Below, piece after piece: positions 19,301-26,170 of a stretch of DNA of 64,000 nt. The position numbers were made by a program, and so were the translations under genes. The notes below the pieces were generated by a model, which ran no database searches, had not been told where the DNA came from, and saw only the letters and a list, made by a program, of their open reading frames with translations. Source of the stretch: Patescibacteria group bacterium (GTDB lineage Bacteria > Patescibacteriota > Patescibacteriia > UBA9934 > GWF2-40-263); the NCBI GenBank assembly GCA_041661745.1, contig JBAZTR010000002.1:4368-68367 (forward strand), in the 5' to 3' direction. Positions within the stretch are counted from its first letter, which is position 1. Each line of letters starts with the position of its first letter.

Positions 19301-20870
19301 TATAAGAACCGTTTTCGTCGTTGGTTTGATCGTATTTGCCATCGGCAGCAATTAATTTAATCGGGCCGCTTTCGGCTTCGTCTTTTAATTGAATAATCAC
19401 TTGGCTATCACTCCAAGCTTCCACGCATTCCTCGCTGGAGTAAGCCGAATGACTAACTTCGGTCGTTGTCCCTAGAAAGACAACACTGCCCGGCGCTTCA
19501 CCAAAGCCTTGGCCAGAAATAGTAATTAAGTTACCAGGAGCGCCATCACCGGGCGAGACGGCTTCGATTTCCACTTCCTCTTCGCAAACACCATCAACAC
19601 ATGATCCGGAAGAGCAATCAGAGCTGTCAGTACATTCTTGGTTTTCGCAAGCGCCGCAATAAGAATCCGCCGATGAACTGCCACCACAATCAATCCCACT
19701 TTCACTTTCGTCTTGTACACCATTGTGGCACGAAGCGGCCCGTAACATCACGCTAATTTCCGCATCAACATCGTTACCGGCGCAATCAGAACCCTCGGCC
19801 AAAATACTATGGTCATCGTTGGTAAAATATCCGGCCGTGTCCCATTCGCTGTCAAAATAACCATCACCTTCGATGTCATTAACTGTGCTATTAATTCCGG
19901 TATCAATATAGAAATCAACCGAGGCTACCCCAGTATCATCAACCGCATATGCTTGAAGCATAGCGGCTTCGTCAGCGTAAACTGACTCGCCATCATCAGG
20001 CGCCGTAATTTCAAAAACCGTTGGCGCGGCTAAATCAAACCCCGTGCCCGTGGTAAAAGTAAATTCACACGGGTAAGCGGTTGAGCATTGAAGATCATAA
20101 CCACTGGAGCTTTGCAAAGCCGAACTGATGGTAATGTTATAGGTCGTTTCCGCTTCAAAACAATTAACTGAATAATCATCTTCGGCAAAACAGATTGCCT
20201 CAGGAGTAAAAGTAAACGAAGTGGCGCTGGCCGTGGTTGAGCGTCCAACCGCGGCAAAAGTGCCAGCCACTTCTTCCCCACCCTTGCTGATAGAAATGCC
20301 GGTGCCATCAACAACATCTTCCGTGGCTACGCGCTGACTGAAAATAAAACGCAACTCCAAATTTTGCAAACTTGAAGCGCAATCGGTATTAACACTGGTT
20401 AAAACAAAGGAATGGGCGTAATCAGGAATATCGCCACCGCCGCCCCCGCCGCCAACTTCAGTCCCGACGCCGCCACCAATTGAGCTAGTTAGTCTTGATA
20501 AAACAAATTGAGCGATGGTAAAAGAAGAAAGCATTATCAAAAGTCCGATAAGGCCGTTCTTTAAAACTTTTTTAGCTTTGGCTATTTTTTCTTCTTCACC
20601 ACCGGCCGTGACCCACAAAAAGCCAGCGTACAAAACAACAATTACCGCAACAATTCCCAAAAAGCCCAAAAAGGTTCGAATCGCTCGGGCAATCATTAAA
20701 ACCAGACTGCCGCTAGCCAAACCGGACGAGGCGGCAAAAGTTTCGCTATCGCCGCCAAACATTTGATTAGCGGTGAGAGTTTCGGCCAGAGCCGGAGTAA
20801 CAAACAAAAGGCCAAGGGCCACGCCTAATCCGACAATTATTAATAAAGATAAGAGACGATTTTTTTTCAC
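10305..20870 (-). CDS. giant (3521-aa) secreted or surface protein with a TrbC/VirB2-type pilin-like N-terminal membrane anchor, then IPT/TIG domains, tandem myxococcal Cys-rich repeats, a vWA domain and thrombospondin type-3 Ca-binding repeats
   Basis: Signal peptide ending ALA, then two TM helices around YAGFLWVTAGGEEEKIAKAKKVL and a poly-Gly linker. IPT-like GxGFG segments (ISGQGFGEAPGSVVF, TIYGSGFGTSEGTVRF, TLYGEGFGTTVGSISF). At least 10 CGDG-x-GE-CDDGN-x-DGCS-x-C repeats. vWA MIDAS DIVFVTDLSGSMS...SDGDP. DSDGDGVLDFNDNCPNDANEDQAD and DTDGDGIVDVEDNCP thrombospondin-3 repeats. Starts 4 nt downstream of the preceding gene. Confidence 0.8.
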   Translation of the reverse strand: MKKNRLLSLLIIVGLGVALGLLFVTPALAETLTANQMFGGDSETFAASSGLASGSLVLMIARAIRTFLGFLGIVAVIVVLYAGFLWVTAGGEEEKIAKAKKVLKNGLIGLLIMLSSFTIAQFVLSRLTSSIGGGVGTEVGGGGGGGDIPDYAHSFVLTSVNTDCASSLQNLELRFIFSQRVATEDVVDGTGISISKGGEEVAGTFAAVGRSTTASATSFTFTPEAICFAEDDYSVNCFEAETTYNITISSALQSSSGYDLQCSTAYPCEFTFTTGTGFDLAAPTVFEITAPDDGESVYADEAAMLQAYAVDDTGVASVDFYIDTGINSTVNDIEGDGYFDSEWDTAGYFTNDDHSILAEGSDCAGNDVDAEISVMLRAASCHNGVQDESESGIDCGGSSSADSYCGACENQECTDSSDCSSGSCVDGVCEEEVEIEAVSPGDGAPGNLITISGQGFGEAPGSVVFLGTTTEVSHSAYSSEECVEAWSDSQVIIQLKDEAESGPIKLIAADGKYDQTNDENGSYISDFEVNETVRPGLCSIDPESGEAGSAVTLHGINLGESSTDATLYFDSYEAASYSDWSTTSFGAVSPLLDAGIFDIQLFTGSGDAREGSNELQFVTTSVTEEELPVISQVDPEEGPIGQYLTIYGSGFGTSEGTVRFVSQSTDYEALGDTNFPDECEDSFWSDTEIIIKVPAKYSNTNSVDAITHDLYIQRAEDGLKSEAVNFVVTTGEAAPGFCAIVPNSGPVGTAVTLYGEGFGTTVGSISFFNDQTATTDDWTSGAIGETTGVVVPADTNSGPVIVIDSDAQKSNKVNFTVGVCNVDFSCGSGETCCASGACSATECVDPETVSHYAYYFSTGDIPEAPDVRIECDETWVSPTPWEGWDGGTKICSNAALSVSFTEDMDALSYSTAGFLVEQCTDKTCSDTAAVEMESSPTSYNESGFTWIPASDWAADTRYRVTVYGGEVGTIQSIEGLVMLEDVIWEFETAASGDACEIGGVIVSPGEKTSNIQNEEIAYSAAPTSSEYQCTVLDCSPYTWNFSSSDSSKASVGSVVGCGAMVIAEEETGTDGPVAINAQPDGYSVSDDGYLTISFTDPKITDYWPSCTEACLDAEIGATFNIPMAAGTFSGTDSGGEQIVRLFSCEDPGCAPDELVEISSVASSYDDETDILTIVPPGNLLIDTSYRVIISGEAESESGSLLSEAAGDLAWYGDLSWTFTTKAEACTVDRVEVEPNEATATRVGTIQRFTAVPYGSPDACSAEGQRLIAAGYTWETWVAIDETDELPTANIADLVGGGAIMISNNLADGCSLDCLHIGTETPIAVCGDGEIDFGEDCDGTEGCSSSCLRLGSGGSYSTPSVCGDGAVGIGEECDELGNTSNNDGCSSICLNEGASSLGYDCGDGLVAHSNMIGGEECDYGEDKAAYNCSANCLNEGSETIDNFYGVCGNGSDPEHGEDCDDGNTTDGDGCSSSCLNEGSSSSYSIPSACGDGEIGTGEDCDDGNTTDDDGCSSLCLSEGSDEDYGSICGDLDLETEAGEECEASGVTSVAPFTIAEISEEAPQEVLASGENIAITSIVATEGSSEAEGSATFTLECSCVSDYNCDTSGITYGCGDAACCFKRPAITDYYPVAGSTGVCRNTSVYMDFDQTMDAGGLNDSRALYLEFVSIGTGPTAIAVDETNCPTTYTTLLIARNDSGDNLFSRAWGWLAQNVLRILGVHAETFGACLVPVSYTLSELGDGSRIDLDFSQALESGTYNLVALGESAGDPLDNIVEGVVNTNGVAIYDGEIVNFEVGTEICALEMVSVEDTGKTELKDIFDEPSAYLFTESGEEHTLLAASYTLDGASAEEIQEIDDYSWTWGWGDESAETVIEVINVDDVTTTVTSSGVNGEELASASATVVSDGTIVTGSAELEANMCETLWPNPMTAAFPYLEDYSNFSFYYCRDQEGSDNLPELIEVEPPVTPSGVDILQERLFLIDGTSDAIGVRVFSNEDYLSPSAWFDVQGFSGSPSETTVDGYEAVQDGNTYYVSAANYSSSSVTNYPNIYVISYNEGAGEETDAIVEQVLENWKFNAGLNSSGDLEVSDINVCVSDGDYAVNAEGDYVSCVSNLDCISELSDASAFCDAEKGKLRRNMVRLTDARKIASDLAAYGEENRHCSVTKGQDCSEDDDCPGDDETCMAEVPEIQSGTFLSAFSTSTWPSWNAELGNALGTAIPTDPLNEFYCPGYTDQTYCWDSTAGTFSCSEDSNTYLYQSIGGEEYILSVQLEDSPGDYWAYPIDDDSTDNATVYAEFANAEDVANGFRIDSEFCNGSNLGTSTRCGDGVRGLSEICELGNTDTISCTYDSDDDGIDDNNGTMDAPCLSDCSDYMDESEAEAAGGSCSPYECGNGVLDPGETCDDGTNNGEYGYCDSDCGLDNAWYCGDGYLAGGEECDCGSTANWTDVHADTSSWSTINSCADANGIYDADAAHTCAYDCSYPGPSCGDGEVNSDESCDGNSEAWNGALCGAADNYATCTTDADCDETDCGTVYAACPISAVCDGGDRDNEECSEDADCTGGGDCKTSFEYQLSRYRTCDDGTGGACGWNTWSACLGGTQICGNGSVEGDEECDDGNDDNTDDCTAECKFNICGDDAVYAGHETCDDGLENGTVCSPDYSGTCNYCNVNCQYTTMSGSYCGDGVMQTGEFCDGSDLPKYCYLAGTNPDERGISTSACETDADCDTDNNYHCLEQVGVCNGGWRQASVCGDFICTLDGYYDYNGAPCVAGTGSSGYDCGIDSSGGTCMVADCGATCSATCPFSYSTTSVSIQTELAGATEETSADLYSYNSGDSPDTASIFLPACSVGTSLTADIDTTNIIPLDVDIVFVTDLSGSMSSTKIEATVNSISSAIQELFNAFDDYSNLQIGLVSFTNTLEDGSDHNNDGAITLADACITNSAGTTGLAWIDSDLTTNESQLIYGEYSVESYSTRTGGSTPLSAGLQCAANILEDSEADDQIIILLSDGDPNVLIDSSTYTSAYKYYEEIQDIRNAAIANGIEIYTAALMTTDALIGKMAHWSSDSCLENDPSETAYSNVADCSVTDDIEYAFSASSSDDLDEMYQQIADSIIGLTMTFTTDFAGETTLTSDEVFDGDDVVIPFPEGFGCDTENEWNIPFRISFSGEGTVNISDIKLSYCPASSASVGTGASSTIDSDGDGVLDFNDNCPNDANEDQADANLNEIGDVCEGAAGSVGSVGGGETLADTDGDGIVDVEDNCPSVVNVSQADADSDGIGDACDSGCGDGGIDTADGEYCDGGDFPKYCVNFDEDPSLRDIYALGSDTGCDAGYAENYGNILGICSGGTTGGYDFDSAVCYTSTSWSEAMCGSGADAGVCKANTCDGTCSTDTLSAYLPVCGDSIIDGGESCDETAFEDIYCVRGATNPASRVIKLASSCTDTATCDCSLFGPGYSAMAADDLGICDGGSRRLILPPVLYDYTNRLCVVGSSSASLYCGVTSGVWGTTAGTCVANTCGDDCDSSSIEDMFFP

Positions 20871-20874
20871 AAAA

Positions 20875-22749
20875 TTATTGGCCTAAAATTTTTGTACTTT
20901 CTTGAGTATAACAAGGTGAGCCACTTGAACTGCCGTTGCAACAGTAGGGTTCTGTTTCCGTGGCGCAATCAGGCGAGGTGTTTAATTCGTTCTCTGGCCC
21001 AAACGATGGGAACATACAAATCTGATAAGCGCTTTGAACATCGTTGGTGATAACCGGGTAGTAATAATATAAGGTCGTTGAACCATCTTCGTTCTCCACA
21101 CTCTCCCACAAAGTTCCGTGATCAATGGTTGTTTTGGAATTACCGCCTTCTAAAGTTTCACTACTTAACGAAAACCACACATTTTGATATGCCTCGGAAG
21201 GATCGGCTGAATTGTAATCGGATTCCAATCTAATGTTACTGGTATTTAGGGTGGCCGAGCGCATGGCAATATCAAAAGTAATTTCAACTTCATCATCGAC
21301 GCCAAACTTATCGTTGTCTTCCAAAGAAGGAAACAACTCACTAATAACCGGTACCTCGTCATTGACTTCACTGGTGGTTACAAAATTCCAAGCATAATCA
21401 TCACCGGCTTCACCGTCGGTTGTGCCCCAGTCACCATCGCCGTCTAAAGAATTGCCGGCGGCATCAGCCAAACCATCAAATAAGCCGCTAACTGATACTG
21501 CCTGCGGTGCTTCGTCGCCGTTTACCGTGGCGGCCCGCGCCTCAACATTAATATTTTCGCCATACGGCAAACAATAAATAGTGTTGCCGCAAGGATCTTT
21601 GGCACATTCAAAAGTCGGAACAAACTCAACTGTCCGATACTGGTTGGAAATACTGGAGGCGCCATCAATATTTTCTCCAGTACCTTCGCTTAAAACGGAA
21701 AAATTAGTAAAAGTTTTGCCATCGCCATAGGTGCCGCTGGCCGCAACCGGATCCATGGCTTCACTAAAAGTTATTTGAACCACCACGTTGGGTGCCTCCG
21801 TACTTTCATCCACCGGTATAATCGAAACTACTGTTGGTGGGGTTAAATCAACCTCAGTCGAAACTTCAAAAGTCCACTCGTAACCACCATCTTCAGTGCC
21901 AGTAAAAGCGGCAACCGCTTCGCCATCGTTGTTAATTTTTTGAATTCCTGAGCCAAGAAAAACAGTATAACTAGTATCCTCAGTTGAGCTGCCTAAATAA
22001 TCAATCGGGGCAAAGACAAAAGTTTGCAAATCTTCGGTAAAAGAAACAACCACCTCAGTGCTACCCAAGGCAACATCGGCCGCGGTAACTCCTGTATCTT
22101 CATTAACTTCGTTGGTGGGATAAATCAAAACGTTTTCAGTGTTTAAAGCAAAAGTAGTCGAACCGACTTCCACGGCAGCGGCATAATCAGAAACAATGGA
22201 ATTGACGTCGATTACCTCTTTAAAGGTAACTGAAATGCGCGTGTTGCGAGGAATATCCAAAGCGTTGCGAGCCGGATAATGACTTTCGATTATGCCGGCG
22301 CCAAGCGAGCCGGACAACGGTTCGGAATAATTTGTTCCGGCTGTTGAAACTCCCCCGCCCATACCAGCCGCACTAAGCAACGCGTTTAAAACAAAGGTGG
22401 TTATGGCAAAAGAAGAAAAAATTATCAGCAAACCAATAACCGCATTTTGTAAAATCTTTTTGGCTTTTTTAATTGGTTCCTCTTCGCCGCGTGAGGTTAG
22501 ATAAAGGAAACCGGCGTAAAGAACCAAAAGCACGGTAAGAATACCCAAGACCCCAAGAATTGCCCGAATAATTCGCGCAATCAAAATTGGCAAAGAGGTT
22601 GTGGGCAAACCAGAAGCCGCGCCAACTTCTCCCAAAGAATCGTTGACTGCCGCGAAGACTGAATCGACCGGTAAAAATATCAAAATCGCCGCCAGACTTA
22701 GTCCGGCGACCGCGGCCCAAATCGCCGCTTTCTGCCATCGCTTTAACAC
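20875..22749 (-). CDS. 624-aa protein with a TrbC/VirB2-type pilin-like N-terminus fused to Ig-like/beta-rich extracellular domains
   Basis: Its N-terminus (IIRAILGVLGILTVLLVLYAGFLYLTSRGEEEPIKKAKKILQNAVIGLLIIFSSF) is paralogous to the N-terminus of the giant protein. GTG start in the ORF track. Cys-rich C-terminus. Confidence 0.7.
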   Translation of the reverse strand: MLKRWQKAAIWAAVAGLSLAAILIFLPVDSVFAAVNDSLGEVGAASGLPTTSLPILIARIIRAILGVLGILTVLLVLYAGFLYLTSRGEEEPIKKAKKILQNAVIGLLIIFSSFAITTFVLNALLSAAGMGGGVSTAGTNYSEPLSGSLGAGIIESHYPARNALDIPRNTRISVTFKEVIDVNSIVSDYAAAVEVGSTTFALNTENVLIYPTNEVNEDTGVTAADVALGSTEVVVSFTEDLQTFVFAPIDYLGSSTEDTSYTVFLGSGIQKINNDGEAVAAFTGTEDGGYEWTFEVSTEVDLTPPTVVSIIPVDESTEAPNVVVQITFSEAMDPVAASGTYGDGKTFTNFSVLSEGTGENIDGASSISNQYRTVEFVPTFECAKDPCGNTIYCLPYGENINVEARAATVNGDEAPQAVSVSGLFDGLADAAGNSLDGDGDWGTTDGEAGDDYAWNFVTTSEVNDEVPVISELFPSLEDNDKFGVDDEVEITFDIAMRSATLNTSNIRLESDYNSADPSEAYQNVWFSLSSETLEGGNSKTTIDHGTLWESVENEDGSTTLYYYYPVITNDVQSAYQICMFPSFGPENELNTSPDCATETEPYCCNGSSSGSPCYTQESTKILGQ

Positions 22750-22777
22750 ATGTTTTTTTGCTTAAGAAACTGTGTTT

Positions 22778-22824
22778 ATTTTATCACAAAAACAAAAAAA
22801 CCGCCCTTATTTTGTCGAGCGGTT
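22778..22824 (-). promoter_or_regulatory. terminator hairpin (AACCGC...GCGGTT plus T-run) after the 116-aa pilin gene, followed by an extended -10-like TGaTAAAAT for the 624-aa gene
   Basis: On the minus strand, AACCGCTCGACAAAATAAGGGCGGTTTTTTTTG, then GTGATAAAAT about 28 nt upstream of the GTG start. Confidence 0.45.
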
Positions 22825-22843
22825 GTGGATAATAATCTATTTG

Positions 22844-23194
22844 TTACGTTGCCAAAAGATTTATAAGCCATGACGAAGCCAATATATACAAAAAAATCAT
22901 CACCACAACCCCAATTCCCCCGGTTACTATCATACGCCGACTTTTAGACACGGTCTCATCACGCCCCGAAGACACAATGTATTTAAAAGCACCTTGTAAT
23001 ATGGTTAGAAGAAACAAAAGTCCAAAAAAAACCGCAGCCACTCGCAAGCTACGAAAAACAAATTCCATCGGCAGCATTGACGACGAGGCAAAAAAAGAAC
23101 CAGTCGACGAAACTGTTGTTTCATTCACCGCCGCTTGGTTTGATTGATTGGTCGCGTTAATTGATTTAACCACGGCCAGCAAAGTTTCCTTCAC
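22844..23194 (-). CDS. small TrbC/VirB2-type pilin-like protein (116 aa)
   Basis: Signal/TM segment, the central SSGRDETV motif between two hydrophobic helices, and a size typical of T4SS pilins. First of three consecutive pilin-like genes. Confidence 0.6.
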   Translation of the reverse strand: MKETLLAVVKSINATNQSNQAAVNETTVSSTGSFFASSSMLPMEFVFRSLRVAAVFFGLLFLLTILQGAFKYIVSSGRDETVSKSRRMIVTGGIGVVVMIFLYILASSWLINLLAT

Positions 23195-23197
23195 ATC

Positions 23198-23641
23198 TTA
23201 ACTTAAAATTTTTTCCAACAATTCTTTGACACGATTACCACCAGCCTGGCCAGCCACAGCTTTCATAACCGCCCCCATAGCCTTGCCCATGTCGGCTTTG
23301 GTCGAGATACCAACTTCGGTCAAAGCGGCCCGAACAGTCTTTTCCAAATCTTCATCGGACATTTCGGCTGGTAAATAACTCTCGAGCACGGCCAGTTCGG
23401 CCTTGCTTTTATCAATCAGGTCAGCGCGACCAGCTGATTCGAAAGACATCAGAGCGTCTTTGATCTGTTTAATCTGCGTACGAATAACCGCCAGCCCTTC
23501 TTCTTCCTTTAGTTCGTGCATTACTTCTATTTGTTTGTTTTTTAGGGCAGAACGCAACATTCTAAGAATAGAAAGGTCAATTTCCTTTTTTTCCTTCATG
23601 GCCGAAGTAAAATCGGCGTTTATTTTTTCAAAAAGTGTCAT
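23198..23641 (-). CDS. yqeY: GatB/YqeY domain protein
   Basis: 147-aa protein with a YqeY-like helical-domain sequence. Commonly linked to rpsU, as it is here. Confidence 0.7.
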   Translation of the reverse strand: MTLFEKINADFTSAMKEKKEIDLSILRMLRSALKNKQIEVMHELKEEEGLAVIRTQIKQIKDALMSFESAGRADLIDKSKAELAVLESYLPAEMSDEDLEKTVRAALTEVGISTKADMGKAMGAVMKAVAGQAGGNRVKELLEKILS

Positions 23642-23685
23642 ATGAAATGATTATAGCAAAAAGGCGGCCAAGGCCGCCAGTTTGT

Positions 23686-23937
23686 TTATTTACGATGGAG
23701 TTTATTTTTTTTCTCTTCTTCTTCAGTCAACCGACCTGTCTTTAACAAATATTCGCGGTGCGTGGCGGTTTCCAAACGACGCAAGGCACTCTTTTTCTGT
23801 GAGGTCTTGTTTTTATCTTTAGTGTGGAAACGATGTTTTTTAACTTCAAGCAAACGCCCGGAAAGCTGAACGCGCTTGGTAAAGCGACGCAACAGGGCAT
23901 CAAAACTTTCTCCTTTTCTTCGTTTAACTTCTAACAT
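23686..23937 (-). CDS. rpsU: 30S ribosomal protein S21
   Basis: MLEVKRRKGESFDALLRRFTKRVQLSGRLLEVKKHRFHTK matches the S21 pattern. The start is probably the internal Met of the listed ORF. Confidence 0.85.
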   Translation of the reverse strand: MLEVKRRKGESFDALLRRFTKRVQLSGRLLEVKKHRFHTKDKNKTSQKKSALRRLETATHREYLLKTGRLTEEEEKKNKLHRK

Positions 23938-23981
23938 AATAATCACCTTCCTTTCAAAATTTCTACATTATCTTGCCTTTT

Positions 23982-25415
23982 TTACGCCGGAATGTCAAGG
24001 GTTTTAACTACTTCAAGCTTTTTCCTCATAATTTGGACGATTTTACCGGCATCAACGATTTCTTGCGCCCCTGATTCCATATCGCGAACAATAATTGTTC
24101 CATCAAGAACTTCCTTTTGACCAAGAATTAAGGTATATGGAACATTCAGTTTATTGGCAATTTCCAACTGGGCTTTAAGTGAGCCCTTGCCGAAAGCCTC
24201 ACGAACACTGATTCCCGACTGACGAAAATCTTCAAAAACCCGCAAACCAACACGACGAGCCGAATCACCAAGCTGAGCAAAGAAAACGTCGATCTTTTTC
24301 GCTGGCGGCTGAATCTTTAATTCCTTCATGGCCAAAATTATGCGTTCCACTCCCAAAGCCACACCACACGCCGGTGTCCCTTCCCGACCGCCCAAGAGCT
24401 CGATCAAACCATCATAACGACCACCGCCGCCAAGGGCGTTTTGCGAACGTTCGCCTTCGTCACCAGTCACCCAAACCTCGAAAACGGTTCGGTTATAATA
24501 ATCCAAACCGCGCACCAAATATGGGTCTAAGGCGTAAGGCGTGCCGGCTTCATCTAAAAATTCCAGGACCCGCATGAAATGATTTTTTGATTCCTCATCA
24601 AGCCAATCTAAAATTTGCGGGGCGTTGGCACGCACCGCCTGACACTGTTCCATTTTGCAATCAAGCAAACGCATGGGATTTTTTACCAAACGGCGTTTAC
24701 AATCATCACAAATTTGATTTCGCTTTGTTCGATAATACGAGGCGAGTTCAACTTTATATGTTCGACGGGTTTCTGGCGTGCCAATGGAGTTCATGCGCAC
24801 GGTTGTTTCCAACCCCATGCTTTTTAAAAAGTTGTAAACCATGACAATTATTTGCGCGTCGATGACCGCTTCGCTACTGCCAATTGATTCAAAACCAACC
24901 TGATTAAACTGACGATAACGGCCGGCCTGCGGACGATCGTAACGAAAGGTCGGACCAAAATAAAACATCTTGACCGGCTGTGACATGTTAAGCATGCCGT
25001 GGTTAATATAAGCGCGAGCCGCGGAAGCGGTCATTTCCGGTCTTAGGGCCACTTTGTCACCGCCCTTATCTTCAAAAGAATAAATTTCTTTTTCTACAAT
25101 GTCGGTTTGCTTGCCAACAGTGCGCACGAATAATTCTTCCTTTTCCAAAATCGGAAATTCAATTCGTTCAAAGCTATAAGATTCGGCAATATCCTCAGCC
25201 GCCCGGCGCAACCACTCCCAATAAACCTGCTCGTCTGCCAAAACATCACGAAAGCCGCGCAAAAGTTCCGGGGTTTTTCGCCCCTTGGGTTGTGGAACAA
25301 CAACCGGTACTTCTACTTTTTTCTTTAATTCTTCCGGTTCTTCCTCTTTTTCTTTTTCCTCGAGCTTAACCGGTTTACCTACCTTTTTAGGGGCAATGAT
25401 CTTTTTTAATGGCAT
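23982..25415 (-). CDS. hisS: histidyl-tRNA synthetase, with a ~50-aa Lys/Glu-rich N-terminal extension
   Basis: Class II motifs, the GGGRYDGL signature and a C-terminal anticodon-binding domain. Confidence 0.9.
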   Translation of the reverse strand: MPLKKIIAPKKVGKPVKLEEKEKEEEPEELKKKVEVPVVVPQPKGRKTPELLRGFRDVLADEQVYWEWLRRAAEDIAESYSFERIEFPILEKEELFVRTVGKQTDIVEKEIYSFEDKGGDKVALRPEMTASAARAYINHGMLNMSQPVKMFYFGPTFRYDRPQAGRYRQFNQVGFESIGSSEAVIDAQIIVMVYNFLKSMGLETTVRMNSIGTPETRRTYKVELASYYRTKRNQICDDCKRRLVKNPMRLLDCKMEQCQAVRANAPQILDWLDEESKNHFMRVLEFLDEAGTPYALDPYLVRGLDYYNRTVFEVWVTGDEGERSQNALGGGGRYDGLIELLGGREGTPACGVALGVERIILAMKELKIQPPAKKIDVFFAQLGDSARRVGLRVFEDFRQSGISVREAFGKGSLKAQLEIANKLNVPYTLILGQKEVLDGTIIVRDMESGAQEIVDAGKIVQIMRKKLEVVKTLDIPA

Positions 25416-25418
25416 AAA

Positions 25419-26066
25419 TTACAAGTTATATAAGGGTGATTCAAAAAATCCAGCTCGCGAGGCAGGCAGACCGCGCAACCAAACGCGGCCGATAATTACC
25501 TCGGAAGTTATTGCTCCAAAAACCCTGGAATCAAGACTGGCATCGCGGTTATCGCCCATGACAAAATACTCATCGGAACCTAGAGTGGTCTTTTTTCGAC
25601 CCGGGGTAACCGTATCCTCCGGCAGATAAGCCGATTCGTCAAGAACCAAACCATTAGGATGCTCTTCGTTATAAATAATCACCAAACCGTTAGCGACCTC
25701 GATTGTTTCGCCCGGCAAGCCAATAATCCGCTTAATAAAAAACTCGGAAGGGTCATTAGGATAACGAAAAACTAAAACCTGGCCACGCTCTGGTTCGGAA
25801 AAACGATAACCTAATTCATCAATAATCAAATATTCGTGATCGTAAAAACTTGGCTCCATTGAAGCCCCTTCAACATAAAAGGGTTGAACCAAAAAATAAC
25901 GAACCGGAATTATTATAGCTAGAGCAATAACAACAATTTGGACAAATTCCAGAACAAACAAGATAACCGTTCCAGCCGGCGTGCCGAACTTACGGTGCCA
26001 AAAAGTGTCGTTATTATGCTCTTGATTACAGAATAATTTCATAGTATTGGCTACAAAATACACCAA
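25419..26066 (-). CDS. lepB: signal peptidase I
   Basis: GASMEPSF (Ser box), VMGDNRDASLDSR, and an N-terminal TM segment. Confidence 0.85.
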   Translation of the reverse strand: MVYFVANTMKLFCNQEHNNDTFWHRKFGTPAGTVILFVLEFVQIVVIALAIIIPVRYFLVQPFYVEGASMEPSFYDHEYLIIDELGYRFSEPERGQVLVFRYPNDPSEFFIKRIIGLPGETIEVANGLVIIYNEEHPNGLVLDESAYLPEDTVTPGRKKTTLGSDEYFVMGDNRDASLDSRVFGAITSEVIIGRVWLRGLPASRAGFFESPLYNL

Positions 26067-26170
26067 TTAAAAAGAAAAATCAAGTTTTCAAGGAAAAGGC
26101 TAAAAAATAAAAATCGGCCCAGTCTTGAAACAGGACCGAAGGTAAAGTCTGCCCGCACCTGATTGTGCTC

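Noticed and set aside
10403-20766. Dozens of 60-190-aa ORFs in other frames within 10.3-20.9 kb, including a His/Arg-rich 150-aa ORF at 13511-13963 and a Met/Val-rich ORF at 12830-13399.
   Set aside because: All lie inside the single 10.6-kb giant gene. Their odd compositions are frame-shifted or antisense readings of its Cys/Asp/Gly-rich repeats, and there is no independent start or SD evidence.
10305-20870. Possible CRISPR array or tandem DNA repeats suggested by the recurring CGDG...CDDGN...C segments.
   Set aside because: The repetition is at the protein-domain level (myxococcal Cys-rich repeats) with divergent nucleotide sequence. There are no regularly spaced identical DNA repeats, no spacers and no cas genes.
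22469-22738. 89-aa minus-strand ORF nested inside the 624-aa pilin-fusion gene, and similar nested ORFs (for example 4489-4823 within ftsZ and 5647-6028 within ftsA).
   Set aside because: These are alternative-frame ORFs entirely inside strongly supported genes.
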